From contig JAZDKB010000006.1 of the NCBI GenBank assembly GCA_043803405.1, positions 32,001-96,000 on the forward strand: a stretch of 64,000 nt of DNA, in the 5' to 3' direction. Of this stretch, positions 47,906 through 58,955 are shown in pieces; position 1 is the first letter of the stretch, and every line of letters starts with the position of its first letter. The stretch comes from Spirochaetota bacterium. Its GTDB lineage: Bacteria; Spirochaetota; UBA4802; JAFGDQ01. Below the pieces are notes generated by a model. That model saw nothing but the letters and a program-made list of their open reading frames with translations. It ran no database searches and was not told where the DNA came from. Position numbers and translations under genes: made by a program.

Positions 47906-48883
47906 TTGAGCAAATTTACGGATTCAATAACGATACACATTCAAAGCGGCAAAGGCGGCCCCGGCGCTATTTCCTTTAGACGGGAGAAGTATGTCGCTAA
48001 AGGCGGACCCGACGGTGGCGATGGAGGACGCGGCGGATCTGTTTTCCTTGAAGCTAACGCGTCTTATGTTAATTTGTCCCATCTGTTTAAAGACCGGATT
48101 TATAAAGCGGAAAGCGGCAGCCAGGGTATGGGACAGAACAAACACGGCCGCGACGGAAGCGATTTAATTATAAAAGTTCCGGCCGGAACCGAGGTGATCG
48201 ACGCTGAAACCGGCGAAGTTTTATGCGATTTACTTGAAGAAAACGAGAAAGTTGAGATTGCCAAAGGTGGCATAGGCGGGAAGGGAAACGAATATTTTAA
48301 AAGTTCCACGAACCAGACCCCAAGATTTTCCCAGCCGGGAATGGATGGTGTAAGTAAAACGCTGGCGCTTAATTTAAAGCTGATAGCCGATGTCGGGCTG
48401 GTCGGGCTCCCGAATTCAGGTAAGTCTACGCTCCTGTCCAAAGTCACGAACGCGACGCCAAAGATTGGCGATTATCCGTTTACTACGCTTATTCCGAATC
48501 TCGGGACCGTGCAGCGCAGCGACGGATCGTATTACAAAATTGCCGACATCCCGGGCATTATTGAAGGGGCGCATAAAGGCCTTGGGCTTGGGCTTTCTTT
48601 TCTAAGGCATATTGAAAGAGTGAAAGTAATCCTTTTCCTTATTGAATCGACAGAAGCGGATCCCGAGTATAATTTCAGACTATTACAGAATGAGCTGGCA
48701 ACTTATAATAAGGAGCTTGTAAATAAACCATATTATATTATTATATCAAAAGCCGATCTTTTATCCGAAAATGAAATAGCAGCAAAAATTGAGCTGTTAA
48801 ATAATAAAAACACTTTAGCAATATCCTCCTTAACCGGCTATAATATTAAAAAACTGATTGATATTATTGATGGGTTGCTTTAA
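47906..48883 (+). CDS. obgE: GTPase ObgE/CgtA (no C-terminal extension)
   Basis: Gly-rich Obg fold GGPDGGDGGRGG, GLPNSGKS, YPFTTL, DIPG and SKAD. Confidence 0.96.
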   Translation: MSKFTDSITIHIQSGKGGPGAISFRREKYVAKGGPDGGDGGRGGSVFLEANASYVNLSHLFKDRIYKAESGSQGMGQNKHGRDGSDLIIKVPAGTEVIDAETGEVLCDLLEENEKVEIAKGGIGGKGNEYFKSSTNQTPRFSQPGMDGVSKTLALNLKLIADVGLVGLPNSGKSTLLSKVTNATPKIGDYPFTTLIPNLGTVQRSDGSYYKIADIPGIIEGAHKGLGLGLSFLRHIERVKVILFLIESTEADPEYNFRLLQNELATYNKELVNKPYYIIISKADLLSENEIAAKIELLNNKNTLAISSLTGYNIKKLIDIIDGLL

Positions 48884-48929
48884 TTGTATTTGATTTAAAT
48901 ATTTTTTATAAAGGAATTCGGGAGTCGTT

Positions 48930-50117
48930 ATGCCAGGTAAAGATAAAAACAATTCCATATTTACACGATCGATACATGCGGGTGAAGACAGATGGCGGTA
49001 TGCGGACGCGATTACTACACCGATCGTGCAGTCTTCAACTTACACTTTTAAAGACAGCAAAGAGATCGAAGCTTATACCAAGAACGATAAAATAAGATTC
49101 GAATACGGGAGATACGGTAATCCTACTGAAAAGGTCGCGGAGAAGAGGCTGGCTGATCTGGAAGGCGCGGAGGACTCACTCATGTTCTCTTCCGGGATGA
49201 TGGCTATTACCACGACAATACTTGCGCTTGTGCAGAGCGGAGATCATATTGTAATTACCGACGATTGCTACGGCAAGACGCTGGAATTCTGCAGATCGTA
49301 TCTTAAGCGCTTTGGAATAGAATGTACGATAGTTCCATTTGGAAATTACGAACTTCTGGATTCTTCAATTAAGAAAAATACGCGTTTTATTTTTTCCGAG
49401 TCCCCTACAAATCCATATTTAAATGTTTTTGATCTTATAAAATTCAGTAAGATCGCTGATAAACATAAAGTGATAACGATTATTGACAGCACTTTTGCTA
49501 CCCCATATAATCAGAGGCCGCTGGAATACGGCATTGATCTTGTGATACACAGCGGAACAAAATATCTGGGCGGGCACAACGATATCCTTGCGGGGGTTCT
49601 TCTCGGTAAGAAAGAACTGGTAATTAAAGTAAGGGACTTGCATAAATCGATGGGCGGGGTTATTGATCCGCACTGCTGTTACCTGCTGCTCAGGGGCTTA
49701 AAGACATTTCCGTTAAGAGTTAAAACGCAAAACGAAAATACGCTCAGGATAGCGGAATATCTTGAGAAACATCCTAAAGTTGAAAAGACATATTATCCTT
49801 TTCTAAAAAGTCATCCCCATTACAACGTAGCCAAAGAACAGATGAAAGGCGGAGGCGGAGTTGTGACATTTACCATAAAAGGCGACCTTGATGCTTCTAA
49901 AAGATTTATGGATTCACTCGAAATGATCTATATAGCGCCAAGCCTTGGCGGCGTCGAAACTCTCATTACTCATCCTGCCACTGTGACATATTATAAATAT
50001 ACGCGTGATCAGAGATATGATCTGGGAATAGTTGATAATCTGTTCAGGCTGGCTGTAGGGCTTGAGGATCCGGACGATATTATCGCAGACCTCGAAAAAG
50101 GATTTGCCAGGGTATAA
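48930..50117 (+). CDS. PLP-dependent trans-sulfuration enzyme (cystathionine gamma-synthase/lyase family)
   Basis: YGRYGNPT, SSGM.A, ESPTNP, DSTFATP, HSGTKYLGGH and SLGGVETL. Confidence 0.92.
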   Translation: MPGKDKNNSIFTRSIHAGEDRWRYADAITTPIVQSSTYTFKDSKEIEAYTKNDKIRFEYGRYGNPTEKVAEKRLADLEGAEDSLMFSSGMMAITTTILALVQSGDHIVITDDCYGKTLEFCRSYLKRFGIECTIVPFGNYELLDSSIKKNTRFIFSESPTNPYLNVFDLIKFSKIADKHKVITIIDSTFATPYNQRPLEYGIDLVIHSGTKYLGGHNDILAGVLLGKKELVIKVRDLHKSMGGVIDPHCCYLLLRGLKTFPLRVKTQNENTLRIAEYLEKHPKVEKTYYPFLKSHPHYNVAKEQMKGGGGVVTFTIKGDLDASKRFMDSLEMIYIAPSLGGVETLITHPATVTYYKYTRDQRYDLGIVDNLFRLAVGLEDPDDIIADLEKGFARV

Positions 50118-50130
50118 TGACCTCATTCTA

Positions 50131-50182
50131 AAACCTCACCCCGACCCCCTCTCCCAATGGGCGAAGGGGAGTTGTGAGGTTT
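50131..50182. repeat. REP-like palindrome
   Basis: aaacctcac…gtgaggttt enclosing cccctctccca-a-tgggcgaagggg. Confidence 0.6.
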
Positions 50183-50198
50183 CGTTGGAGATAGTGTT

Positions 50199-51305
50199 TT
50201 GCCGCGCAAAAAATTATTAAAAGACGTTAAAAGAATAGTAATAAAAATCGGTACTTCAATTATTACCGAGAACGGTGCTATATCCAAAGCGCGGGTTGCA
50301 GAACTGGTATCCGATATAATATCTTTAAAAAAATCCGGTTATTCGGTTATTATTGTTTCTTCCGGGGCAATCAGCGCAGGTGCGGGCGCTTTAAGTGTTA
50401 GCAGGGAGAATGCATCAATACCGAAAAAGCAGGCGCTTGCTGCCATAGGCCAGACTATTCTGATGAACACATGGCGGGAGAGCTTTTTAAAGGAAGGTTG
50501 CGAAGTCGGCCAGATACTGCTTACCGAAGACGATGTAAAAAACAGGGAGCGGTTTATTAATGTGAGGCATACTTTTAATACGCTTCTGGAAATGGGGATT
50601 GTGCCTGTTGTTAATGAAAACGATTCTGTGGTAATTAAAGAAATAAAATTCGGCGATAATGATATATTATCAGCCCATGTGACGAATATTGTTGAAGCGG
50701 GTCTCTTAATTTTGCTTTCGGATATTGACGGTTTTTACAACGATTTATCCGATCCTGAGCCGGTTGAAGAGATATATGCGATAACAAAGGATGTTCTTTC
50801 CAGGGCAGGAAGTTCCGGCAGTATTCATGGGACGGGAGGAATGCTTTCCAAATTAAGGGCAGCGCAAGTAATTATCAGATGCGGCGAAAGGATGATAATC
50901 GCAAACGGAAGATTAAAAGGTATTCTTCCAAGGATAGTAAAGGGAGAAAAGATCGGCACTATTTTTTTCGGGACGGAACAGCTTTGCAGCAGAAAGAGGT
51001 GGATCGCTTTTAATATGAAATCTTCAGGCAGGATAAAAATAGATGACGGCGCAGTAAAAGCCCTGAGCAATAATAAAAAATCATTGCTGTCAACAGGGAT
51101 TATTGATATAGAAGGCAAATTTCATCTTGGCGACGCTGTGGAAATAATAAACACCGTAGGAGATGTAATCGGGAAAGGCATTGTTAATTATAATTTCGAT
51201 GAACTCAATATTATTAAAGGGAAAAAGACAGCGCAGATAAAAGATATCCTCGGCAGTTCATATTTTGATGAAGTAATAAACAGAGATGATCTGATATTAT
51301 ATTAA
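50199..51305 (+). CDS. proB: Glutamate 5-kinase with PUA domain
   Basis: KIGTS, VSSGA, NENDSV, FGDND, GTGGM.SK and a C-terminal PUA domain. Confidence 0.95.
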   Translation: MPRKKLLKDVKRIVIKIGTSIITENGAISKARVAELVSDIISLKKSGYSVIIVSSGAISAGAGALSVSRENASIPKKQALAAIGQTILMNTWRESFLKEGCEVGQILLTEDDVKNRERFINVRHTFNTLLEMGIVPVVNENDSVVIKEIKFGDNDILSAHVTNIVEAGLLILLSDIDGFYNDLSDPEPVEEIYAITKDVLSRAGSSGSIHGTGGMLSKLRAAQVIIRCGERMIIANGRLKGILPRIVKGEKIGTIFFGTEQLCSRKRWIAFNMKSSGRIKIDDGAVKALSNNKKSLLSTGIIDIEGKFHLGDAVEIINTVGDVIGKGIVNYNFDELNIIKGKKTAQIKDILGSSYFDEVINRDDLILY

Positions 51306-51317
51306 ATTGGACAATAA

Positions 51318-51408
51318 ACTCATCCCCCTTTCTCCCTTCTCTTAAAAAAAGAGAAGGGAGGGAAAGTTCCCCTTCTTTGCAAAGCAGAGAAGGGGACATG
51401 GGGTGAGT
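51318..51408. repeat. REP-doublet-like palindrome
   Basis: actcatccc…ggggtgagt enclosing two hairpins, ctcccttctctt/aagagaagggag and ccccttct/agaagggg. Confidence 0.7.
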
Positions 51409-51425
51409 ATTTCAAGGGAGAAAAT

Positions 51426-54179
51426 ATGTTTTTAGATAATATTTTAAGTATTTTTTTCGGCACTAAACATGAAAGGGATATCAAGAGGCTTCAGCCGCTT
51501 GTTGAGAAAATTAAATCTTTTGAACCTGATATAAAAAAGCTGTCCAATTCGGAAATGCTTGCAAAGACCGGCGAATTCCGAGGACGCATTGAAAAAGGCG
51601 AATCCCTTGACAGTATTTTGCCTGAGGCATTCGCACTGGTAAGAGAAGCCGGCATACGCACTCTCGGTATGAGACATTTCGATGTTCAGCTTATGGGCGG
51701 TGTTGTTCTTCACGAGGGTAAAATAGCTGAGATGAAAACAGGGGAAGGGAAAACGCTGGTTGCCACACTTCCCATTTACCTGAATGCGCTTAGCGGCAAA
51801 GGAGCTTTTCTTGTTACAGTCAACGATTATCTTGCAAAAAGGGACTCGGAGTGGATGGGGCCGATATACAAGTTTTTAGGCCTTACGGTAGGTGTAATTC
51901 AGCATGATATGGATCCCTTTGAAAGACAGGAAGCCTATGCCTGTGATGTAACATACGGAACCAACAACGAATTCGGATTCGATTATCTCCGTGATAACAT
52001 GGTTGAACATAAAAGCCTTCGTGTTCAGAAGTTTTTAAACTATGCCATAGTTGACGAAGTGGACTCAATCCTTATAGACGAGGCGAGAACGCCTCTTATT
52101 ATTTCCGGATCTGCCGAGGAATCCACAAAGAAATATTATCTTGTAAATAAAATTATTCCCAGCCTTAAGGAAAAGGCCGATTACGAAGTAAACGAAAAAG
52201 ACAGGAACGCTCTTTTGACCGAGGACGGGGTCCGCCATGTTGAGCGGTTACTGAAAATAGATAACCTTTATGATAATCAGAATATCGAGCTTGTGCATCA
52301 TGTTAACCAGGCTTTGAAGGCGCATACAATATTTCATAAGGATATAGACTATGTAATAAAAGACGGACAGGTTATTATTGTAGACGAATTTACCGGAAGG
52401 ATAATGCCCGGCAGAAGGTATTCCGACGGCCTGCACCAGGCTCTTGAAGCAAAGGAAAATGTTACAATTGCCAGGGAAAGCCAGACGCTTGCAACAGTAA
52501 CATTTCAGAATTATTTCAGAATGTATAAAAAACTTGCAGGCATGACAGGCACGGCCGATACGGAAGCAGTAGAATTTAAAAAAATATATAATCTCGATGT
52601 GGTAGTTGTTCCGACAAACGTGCCCCTGATACGCCCGGATTATCCGGACAGGATATACAGGACAGAAAATGAAAAATTCAACTCGATTATAAATGAAATA
52701 GAAGAGCTGCAGAGCAAAGGCCAGCCCATACTTGTAGGCACTATTTCCATAGAGAAATCAGAAAAACTTGCGAATCTGCTCAAAAGAAAGGGAATTATAC
52801 ATAATGTCCTTAATGCCAAATATCATGAAAGAGAAGCTAATATTATAGCAGAAGCCGGCAGATCCAGCACAGTTACAATTGCTACAAATATGGCAGGCCG
52901 CGGCACCGACATTGTACTCGGCGGGAGAAAGACATACATGGATGAGCTTGAACATCATGTGCCCATACATGATGTGAAGCTATGGGAGGATTTTAAATTA
53001 ACCGTATATACAAATGATTTTACAAAAGCAGGCGAACTCGCTGAATCAATGAGCGGGCAGGATAAGCTGAAAGCGAAAGACATTGTTCGCATGGGAAGCG
53101 ACTGGATACAGGATCATGAAAAAGTAGTAGCGGCCGGTGGTCTCCATATTCTGGGCACTGAGAGACACGAAGCGCGGCGTATCGACAACCAGCTGAGAGG
53201 GCGGTCGGGCAGGCAGGGTGACCCTGGTTCATCAAGATTCTATCTTTCTCTTGAAGACGACCTTATGCGGATTTTCGGCTCTGAAAGAATATCTTCAGTT
53301 ATGCAGAAGCTTGGGATGGAAGAGGGGCAGGAGATCGAGAGTAAAATGGTGAGCAAAGCCATTGCCAATGCGCAGAAACGCGTTGAAGGCAGGAACTTTG
53401 AGATAAGGAAGCATCTTCTGGAATATGACGATGTAATGAACAGCCAGCGCGAATATATTTATAAATTCAGGAACGAGATTTTGGACGGTGCCGATATTTC
53501 ACAAAAGATCAAAGAGTACATTCATGATATTTGTGAAAATGCTGTGGATATTTATTCGGGCGGGCATCGGAGCTCCGATGACTGGGATGTCGATGGATTG
53601 AAAGGATTTTTTAAGACCAGGTTTTTGCTGGATATTGATTATCCCGGCGCTCTTTCGGTTAAAGATTTTCAGATGAAGATAAATGATGAATTATTGAATC
53701 AGTACAAACTAAAAGAAGCTGAGCTTCCTCCTGAAGATATGAGAACGCTTGAACGTCTTATAGCGCTTCAGGCAATTGACACAAAATGGCGCGAACACCT
53801 TTTATCTATGGACGAATTGCGTGATGGAATATGGACAACAGGCTATAGCGAAAAGAATCCGCTTGTGGAATACAAACTTCAGGGAATGGATATATTCAGG
53901 CAGATGATGGACCTCCTTAAACAGGATATTGTAGAATATTTATTAAAGGTTCAGGTTAAAGAAGTGATTAAACAGGAACCCGAATATGATTATGTGCCGA
54001 TGGGAGGCGAATTCCATGCAGAAGTCGAACAATTCGGCGCAGGCGGAATCCCTTTATCTGCCCCTAAACCTCAGCAGCAGATGCCTGTCAGAAAATCGCA
54101 CGCATCTGACGATGAAGAGGATGATGAGGCACATGCAGGCGTGAAAAGAAAAAAGACGAGAAGAAGCAGAAGGAGATAA
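51426..54179 (+). CDS. secA: Preprotein translocase ATPase SecA
   Basis: [38 protein letters not shown] and [13 protein letters not shown]. Confidence 0.98.
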   Translation: MFLDNILSIFFGTKHERDIKRLQPLVEKIKSFEPDIKKLSNSEMLAKTGEFRGRIEKGESLDSILPEAFALVREAGIRTLGMRHFDVQLMGGVVLHEGKIAEMKTGEGKTLVATLPIYLNALSGKGAFLVTVNDYLAKRDSEWMGPIYKFLGLTVGVIQHDMDPFERQEAYACDVTYGTNNEFGFDYLRDNMVEHKSLRVQKFLNYAIVDEVDSILIDEARTPLIISGSAEESTKKYYLVNKIIPSLKEKADYEVNEKDRNALLTEDGVRHVERLLKIDNLYDNQNIELVHHVNQALKAHTIFHKDIDYVIKDGQVIIVDEFTGRIMPGRRYSDGLHQALEAKENVTIARESQTLATVTFQNYFRMYKKLAGMTGTADTEAVEFKKIYNLDVVVVPTNVPLIRPDYPDRIYRTENEKFNSIINEIEELQSKGQPILVGTISIEKSEKLANLLKRKGIIHNVLNAKYHEREANIIAEAGRSSTVTIATNMAGRGTDIVLGGRKTYMDELEHHVPIHDVKLWEDFKLTVYTNDFTKAGELAESMSGQDKLKAKDIVRMGSDWIQDHEKVVAAGGLHILGTERHEARRIDNQLRGRSGRQGDPGSSRFYLSLEDDLMRIFGSERISSVMQKLGMEEGQEIESKMVSKAIANAQKRVEGRNFEIRKHLLEYDDVMNSQREYIYKFRNEILDGADISQKIKEYIHDICENAVDIYSGGHRSSDDWDVDGLKGFFKTRFLLDIDYPGALSVKDFQMKINDELLNQYKLKEAELPPEDMRTLERLIALQAIDTKWREHLLSMDELRDGIWTTGYSEKNPLVEYKLQGMDIFRQMMDLLKQDIVEYLLKVQVKEVIKQEPEYDYVPMGGEFHAEVEQFGAGGIPLSAPKPQQQMPVRKSHASDDEEDDEAHAGVKRKKTRRSRRR

Positions 54180-54183
54180 ATAA

Positions 54184-55548
54184 ATGTCCTCACAACTTAT
54201 GAAAAGCGTTTCCGGGATCAGGGGTGTAGTCGGGGACACTCTTACCCCGGATCTGATAGTAAAAGTTGCGTCTGCATTTGCAAAATATACAAAGAACGGA
54301 CAAATCGTTGTAGGCCGCGATACGCGCCCCACCGGATCTGCCATCTCGGATATTCTGGAATCCGTTCTTATCCTTTCCGGATGCGATGTAATCGATATAG
54401 GAATTGTGCCTACCCCTACTGTGGAACTAATGGTGAGAAATCTGAAGGCAGACGGCGGCATAATGATTTCCGCTTCACATAATCCGGTAGAATGGAATGC
54501 TTTTAAACTGATCAATAATAGCGGGGTCTTTTTAAACGAAAAAGAGATAGCCAGGTTTTTTGAATATCTGGATGCGGAGTTTAGGTATGTTCCATGGAAT
54601 AAGACCGGTAAGATAACTTATAACTTAAGTGCAGAAAGTGTTCATGTAAAAAAGGTCATAAGCGTAATTAATAAAAATAAAATAAGAAAGAAAAATTACA
54701 AAGTTGTGCTTGATTCCGTAAACGGCGCCGGATCTGAAATTACACTTAGGCTGCTGTCGGAGCTGAACTGCAAAATTGTGCCGCTATACTGCGACATCAC
54801 TGCGCCTTTTCCGAGAGGCGCGGAACCTGTTCCCGAAAACCTGAAAGACCTTGCAAAGGCGGTGAAGAAGTATGGCGCCGATATAGGCTTCGCCCAGGAC
54901 CCGGACGCAGACAGGCTTGCGATTGTTGATGAAAACGGAAACCCTATTGGTGAAGAAAATACTCTTGCCCTGGCAACGGATCATCTTCTTTCCAAAAAGA
55001 AGGGAAGAGTGGTAATAAATCTTTCTACAACAAAGGCGATCGAAGATATTGCAAAAAGACATGGTGTGAATGTAAAGAGGACAAAGGTCGGCGAGATAAA
55101 CGTTACTGACGAAATGAGAAGAAACGGCGCGAGAATAGGCGGCGAGGGCAACGGCGGTGTTATTTCGCCGGAGATCAACATGGGCAGGGACAGCCTTGCA
55201 GGCATAGGCTATGTGCTCGAAATGATGGCCGAACGCAACCTGAGCGTATCCGGGCTGGTAAGCAGCCTTCCGCAGTATGTAATGAAGAAAGGGAAAATAG
55301 CTGTCGGGGATGCCGGGAAAAACAAAGTAATGCTGGATAAAATCGCGAACCAATTTAAAACCGAAAAGATTACTACCATAGATGGATTAAGAATTGACTT
55401 TGTAAAACATGATGAATTTAAAGACGGATGGGTGCACCTAAGACCGTCAAACACCGAACCTATATTCAGGATCATTACCGAAGGCAAAGACGCTTCACAG
55501 GCAGCAAAAATTTATAATCATTTTGTAAAGATGTTTAACGGGAAATAA
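54184..55548 (+). CDS. glmM: Phosphoglucosamine mutase/phosphomannomutase
   Basis: SGIRG, SASHNP, DPDADR, GEGNGG and RPSNTEP. The family is certain; the substrate assignment is tentative. Confidence 0.75.
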   Translation: MSSQLMKSVSGIRGVVGDTLTPDLIVKVASAFAKYTKNGQIVVGRDTRPTGSAISDILESVLILSGCDVIDIGIVPTPTVELMVRNLKADGGIMISASHNPVEWNAFKLINNSGVFLNEKEIARFFEYLDAEFRYVPWNKTGKITYNLSAESVHVKKVISVINKNKIRKKNYKVVLDSVNGAGSEITLRLLSELNCKIVPLYCDITAPFPRGAEPVPENLKDLAKAVKKYGADIGFAQDPDADRLAIVDENGNPIGEENTLALATDHLLSKKKGRVVINLSTTKAIEDIAKRHGVNVKRTKVGEINVTDEMRRNGARIGGEGNGGVISPEINMGRDSLAGIGYVLEMMAERNLSVSGLVSSLPQYVMKKGKIAVGDAGKNKVMLDKIANQFKTEKITTIDGLRIDFVKHDEFKDGWVHLRPSNTEPIFRIITEGKDASQAAKIYNHFVKMFNGK

Positions 55549-55716
55549 TTGATATTACTGTTATCCCTGTCATTCTTGTTCCTATCTATTAAATATCTGC
55601 ATCAAATATGTTAAGATATTACCTTCTTTTTAATGTTTAATAAATTTGTTTAGAACCTGCTTATATTAAATCGTATTCTCCGCCTTTTATACTGTACCTT
55701 AAACATTAATTATTAT

Positions 55717-55745
55717 GGAACCTTTCGCTTAATTAAAAGGTCTAA
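55717..55745 (+). promoter_or_regulatory. Candidate ECF (sigmaE-type) promoter
   Basis: GGAACC-17 bp-GTCTAA, 30 bp upstream of a Spy/CpxP-like gene. Confidence 0.5.
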
Positions 55746-55775
55746 TCTTTCAAATAAGTAAAAGGAGTAAATATT

Positions 55776-56132
55776 ATGAATAAAAAATTAGTCATTCTCG
55801 CAATACTGGCAGCATCTCTTATTGCAGCCGGCGACTTATCGGCATGGGGACGCAGAGGCGGTTACTGTGACGGTCCGGGAGCAGGGTATGGGGCGGGCCC
55901 CAGACATCTGGAATACATGCAATCAGAACTTGGACTTTCTGATCAGCAGGTAAAGCAGATATTTGATATCGGAACTCAATACAGGCAGAAATATTTTGAA
56001 AACAGGAATAATACTGACAAAATAGATGAGCTTAGAATTGAGCATCGTAAAGCCGTCCAGTCGGTGCTGACAAAAGAACAGCAGGAAAAGTTTAATAAAA
56101 TACGCAATAATAACTGCCGTAACAGATGGTAA
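55776..56132 (+). CDS. Spy/CpxP-like periplasmic protein
   Basis: Signal peptide, a Gly-rich segment and two LTxxQ-type motifs (LGLSDQQ, VLTKEQ). Confidence 0.75.
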   Translation: MNKKLVILAILAASLIAAGDLSAWGRRGGYCDGPGAGYGAGPRHLEYMQSELGLSDQQVKQIFDIGTQYRQKYFENRNNTDKIDELRIEHRKAVQSVLTKEQQEKFNKIRNNNCRNRW

Positions 56133-56222
56133 GATGATCAACAGTAATGTGATTAAGCGCTGACATTTTAACAATGCAGCGCTTACCATTAATTCAAAAT
56201 TTTGATGTAAGAGAGGCATAAC

Positions 56223-56537
56223 ATGAAGCGAATAACAACACTTATAACTTTACTGATTCTGACTCTTCCTGTTGCTTTAATGGCCAGATGGCGGGGCGAT
56301 GGATACGGATTTGGATGCGATTTAGGCTTTAATCGTTACTTTGGTTTTGGAGGCGGCATTATGATGATAACCGGTATTATTATACTGGCATTGCTGATTT
56401 TCCTGGCAATCAAAATGATTAACGGGGGAAATTCTAATCCATTTAAAACGCAGGATCCTTTAAATATATTAAAATCCCGTTATGCAAAAGGAGAAATCAG
56501 CAAAGAACAATTTAATGAAATGAAAAGGGAAATTTAA
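56223..56537 (+). CDS. SHOCT-domain membrane protein
   Basis: A TM helix followed by LNILKSRYAKGEISKEQF. Confidence 0.85.
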   Translation: MKRITTLITLLILTLPVALMARWRGDGYGFGCDLGFNRYFGFGGGIMMITGIIILALLIFLAIKMINGGNSNPFKTQDPLNILKSRYAKGEISKEQFNEMKREI

Positions 56538-56598
56538 TTATTATCAGGTTTTGATCAAAAGATCAAAAGTTGTTTTATTGATCAACTTCCAATAAATT

Positions 56599-56642
56599 AA
56601 TAAACATCATGGCTGTGGAGAACGCTGGCCATGATGTTTATT
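56599..56642. terminator. Bidirectional terminator-like 15-bp inverted repeat
   Basis: aataaacatcatggc / gccatgatgtttatt between convergent genes. Confidence 0.65.
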
Positions 56643-56643
56643 T

Positions 56644-57651
56644 TTACATGATTTTTTCTGTTTTTTTTGACTTAATGGATTTGTAAGCTGATTCTACCAG
56701 CTTAAGTTCCAGCTTAATCCTTTCAAGTGAAGGTTTCCACGGAACATTATTAATATAGTCTTCAATGAATGACCTATGCATTGCTTTGAATCCCAGAAGA
56801 TCAAAAGGATTAATAAATATAATGCGCTTCTTTTTGCCGTGTACGGAAAAGAACAGCCCGTTGCTTTCAAAAGTAATAAGACCGTCTGTGCCGTATATCT
56901 TTGAAAGGCTCATTCCCATAGCCGGATTTACGATTCGCCAGGAATGTAAAAGCTTTCCGACTGAGCCGTTTTTAAAAGCGACATTCAGCATTATAGAATC
57001 TTCAAAAGGGATGTCGGTTTTATATTTTACTTCAGGTTTAAATGCCGCGACTTCGACCGGGACCGAACCGGCAATGGAAACAAGAGCGTTTATCCAGTGA
57101 ACCCCGCCTTCCAGAAGCGCGCCCCCGCCCATCATTTCTTTATTTATTCGCCATCCGCTTTTAGTTGAAACTCCGGTTTTATTCAGCTCAATAAAAAGAA
57201 CATCCCCAATAAAACCTTCTTCAATATATCTTCTTATTTTTTTTATTATAGGCTTATAAAAATAATTTTCCGCAACAGCACATCTCACTTTATTTTTTTT
57301 AACCGCATTTTCTATTGCTGACAGTTCTTTTAGATTCCTGGTCACGGGTTTTTCAATAATTATGTCTTTATGGTTATTTGCCGCCATTACCGCGAGCCCG
57401 GAATGCAAAGCAGGCGGTGTTGTGATGAAGGCAATATCAAATGATCCGGAGACAAGCGCTTCTTTGTAGGAGCCGAAATACTGACTGCTCTTAAATGTAT
57501 CGGAAAAGCTCTTTGCTTTTTCTTCGCTTCGGCTTGCAAATAAAAGTTCAATAGCGGGATATAGCTTTTTTAAAATTCTGGCATGCCTGGAAGCAATGTC
57601 GCCGCACCCGATAAAACAAATACGCGGTAATTTATTTTTCATATTATTCAT
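56644..57651 (-). CDS. Gfo/Idh/MocA family oxidoreductase
   Basis: IGCGDIA, ITTPPALH, EKP and GGGALLEGGVH. Confidence 0.9.
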   Translation of the reverse strand: MNNMKNKLPRICFIGCGDIASRHARILKKLYPAIELLFASRSEEKAKSFSDTFKSSQYFGSYKEALVSGSFDIAFITTPPALHSGLAVMAANNHKDIIIEKPVTRNLKELSAIENAVKKNKVRCAVAENYFYKPIIKKIRRYIEEGFIGDVLFIELNKTGVSTKSGWRINKEMMGGGALLEGGVHWINALVSIAGSVPVEVAAFKPEVKYKTDIPFEDSIMLNVAFKNGSVGKLLHSWRIVNPAMGMSLSKIYGTDGLITFESNGLFFSVHGKKKRIIFINPFDLLGFKAMHRSFIEDYINNVPWKPSLERIKLELKLVESAYKSIKSKKTEKIM

Positions 57652-57848
57652 TATTATTATTATTATTCAGTTGTGGGTTCAATAAAATTATAGCTGATTA
57701 ATTATAAATATTTATCATATTCTGATATTTATTAATTTATTATTGTTTACTGTCAACTATAATCATTGTTTAACACAATATAAGATGTTCTTGACAACTG
57801 GTTATATACTGTTTTATAAAATAGTTAAATATCAGCGGGGCAAAATGC

Positions 57849-58910
57849 ATGAAGAAATATATCATATTAGTTATTTTTATTTTTTTGTTTAGCTGCGGCA
57901 GATGGAAAACCACAAAAATGAAATCCGCGCAAATGTGTCTTTTAAATCCCGGAGACTCACTCGGTAGTGTTATGCTTAAATATGACGATAACGATATACT
58001 CGATATCTCATTTAAAATCGCAGTGCATCAGGGCAATATATATGTTGCTGATAATATTTTGAAAAGAATGCAAATACTTAACAAGAATTGCGAACCAGTG
58101 TTATTAATCGGAGAAAAAAAATCCGGCATAGGCGAAAACAGCCCGGCCAGGTATTCTAAGTTCCAGTTCAGCATAATAGAAGCGATAGCCGTTGACTCCA
58201 ACCGAAATATTTTTGTCCAGAACAGTTTCACATCTTCGCAAAAACATAATAATGTACCAGGCAGGGACGCAGGATTCGCATTATCATATATACCGGTTTT
58301 TGACCAGAAGGGAACCCTTCTCTATACGCTCGGGAAGACCGGTTCTCCAGATATGCCATTCAACGCTATAGAAAGCCTTACTATCGATAAAGCAGACAGG
58401 TTATTTGTAATTACAAAATCTTTAGATACATGGAGCGTGTATCGTTTTTTAAATAAAAGAAGGGATTTTAATATTAATTTCAGTGAGAGCGATTTTAAAG
58501 ATCACGAAGGCAAAGAAGCATATTCCGGAAAAATTGAAAAGGTCGTTGCGCATCAAAGCGGCGATGAAATTTTGATATCTGTCGCTTATTATCACGCGGC
58601 TGATTTTAAATACAGAAAAATATTTACTTATTCAATTCAAAAGGAAAAGATTCTTGCTGCATCTATTATAATCCCTGATCCTAAAAATGAACTCTTTAAT
58701 ATTTCCAATGACAAAATTTATTTATGGGATATTGATGAAAAAAACATAAGATATATGATTTGTAATCTGAAGGGAGATGTAATAAATAATATTTCAATTA
58801 AATTCCCGGAAGCAGTTAATTCATTTGATGAGATATTAATAGACTCTTCTGGAAATTTTTATTCATACCATGGTTTAAAGAGAGGAGTTGAAATCCTGGA
58901 ATGGAGATAA
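57849..58910 (+). CDS. Lipoprotein with NHL/beta-propeller-like repeats
   Basis: Lipobox LFSC and repeats IYVAD, IAVDSNRNIFV, LTIDKADRLFV and LIDSSGNFY. Confidence 0.7.
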   Translation: MKKYIILVIFIFLFSCGRWKTTKMKSAQMCLLNPGDSLGSVMLKYDDNDILDISFKIAVHQGNIYVADNILKRMQILNKNCEPVLLIGEKKSGIGENSPARYSKFQFSIIEAIAVDSNRNIFVQNSFTSSQKHNNVPGRDAGFALSYIPVFDQKGTLLYTLGKTGSPDMPFNAIESLTIDKADRLFVITKSLDTWSVYRFLNKRRDFNINFSESDFKDHEGKEAYSGKIEKVVAHQSGDEILISVAYYHAADFKYRKIFTYSIQKEKILAASIIIPDPKNELFNISNDKIYLWDIDEKNIRYMICNLKGDVINNISIKFPEAVNSFDEILIDSSGNFYSYHGLKRGVEILEWR

Positions 58911-58955
58911 CCGGGATCGGATTACAATGAGAATGATCTCCGGAGGAATATTTCA

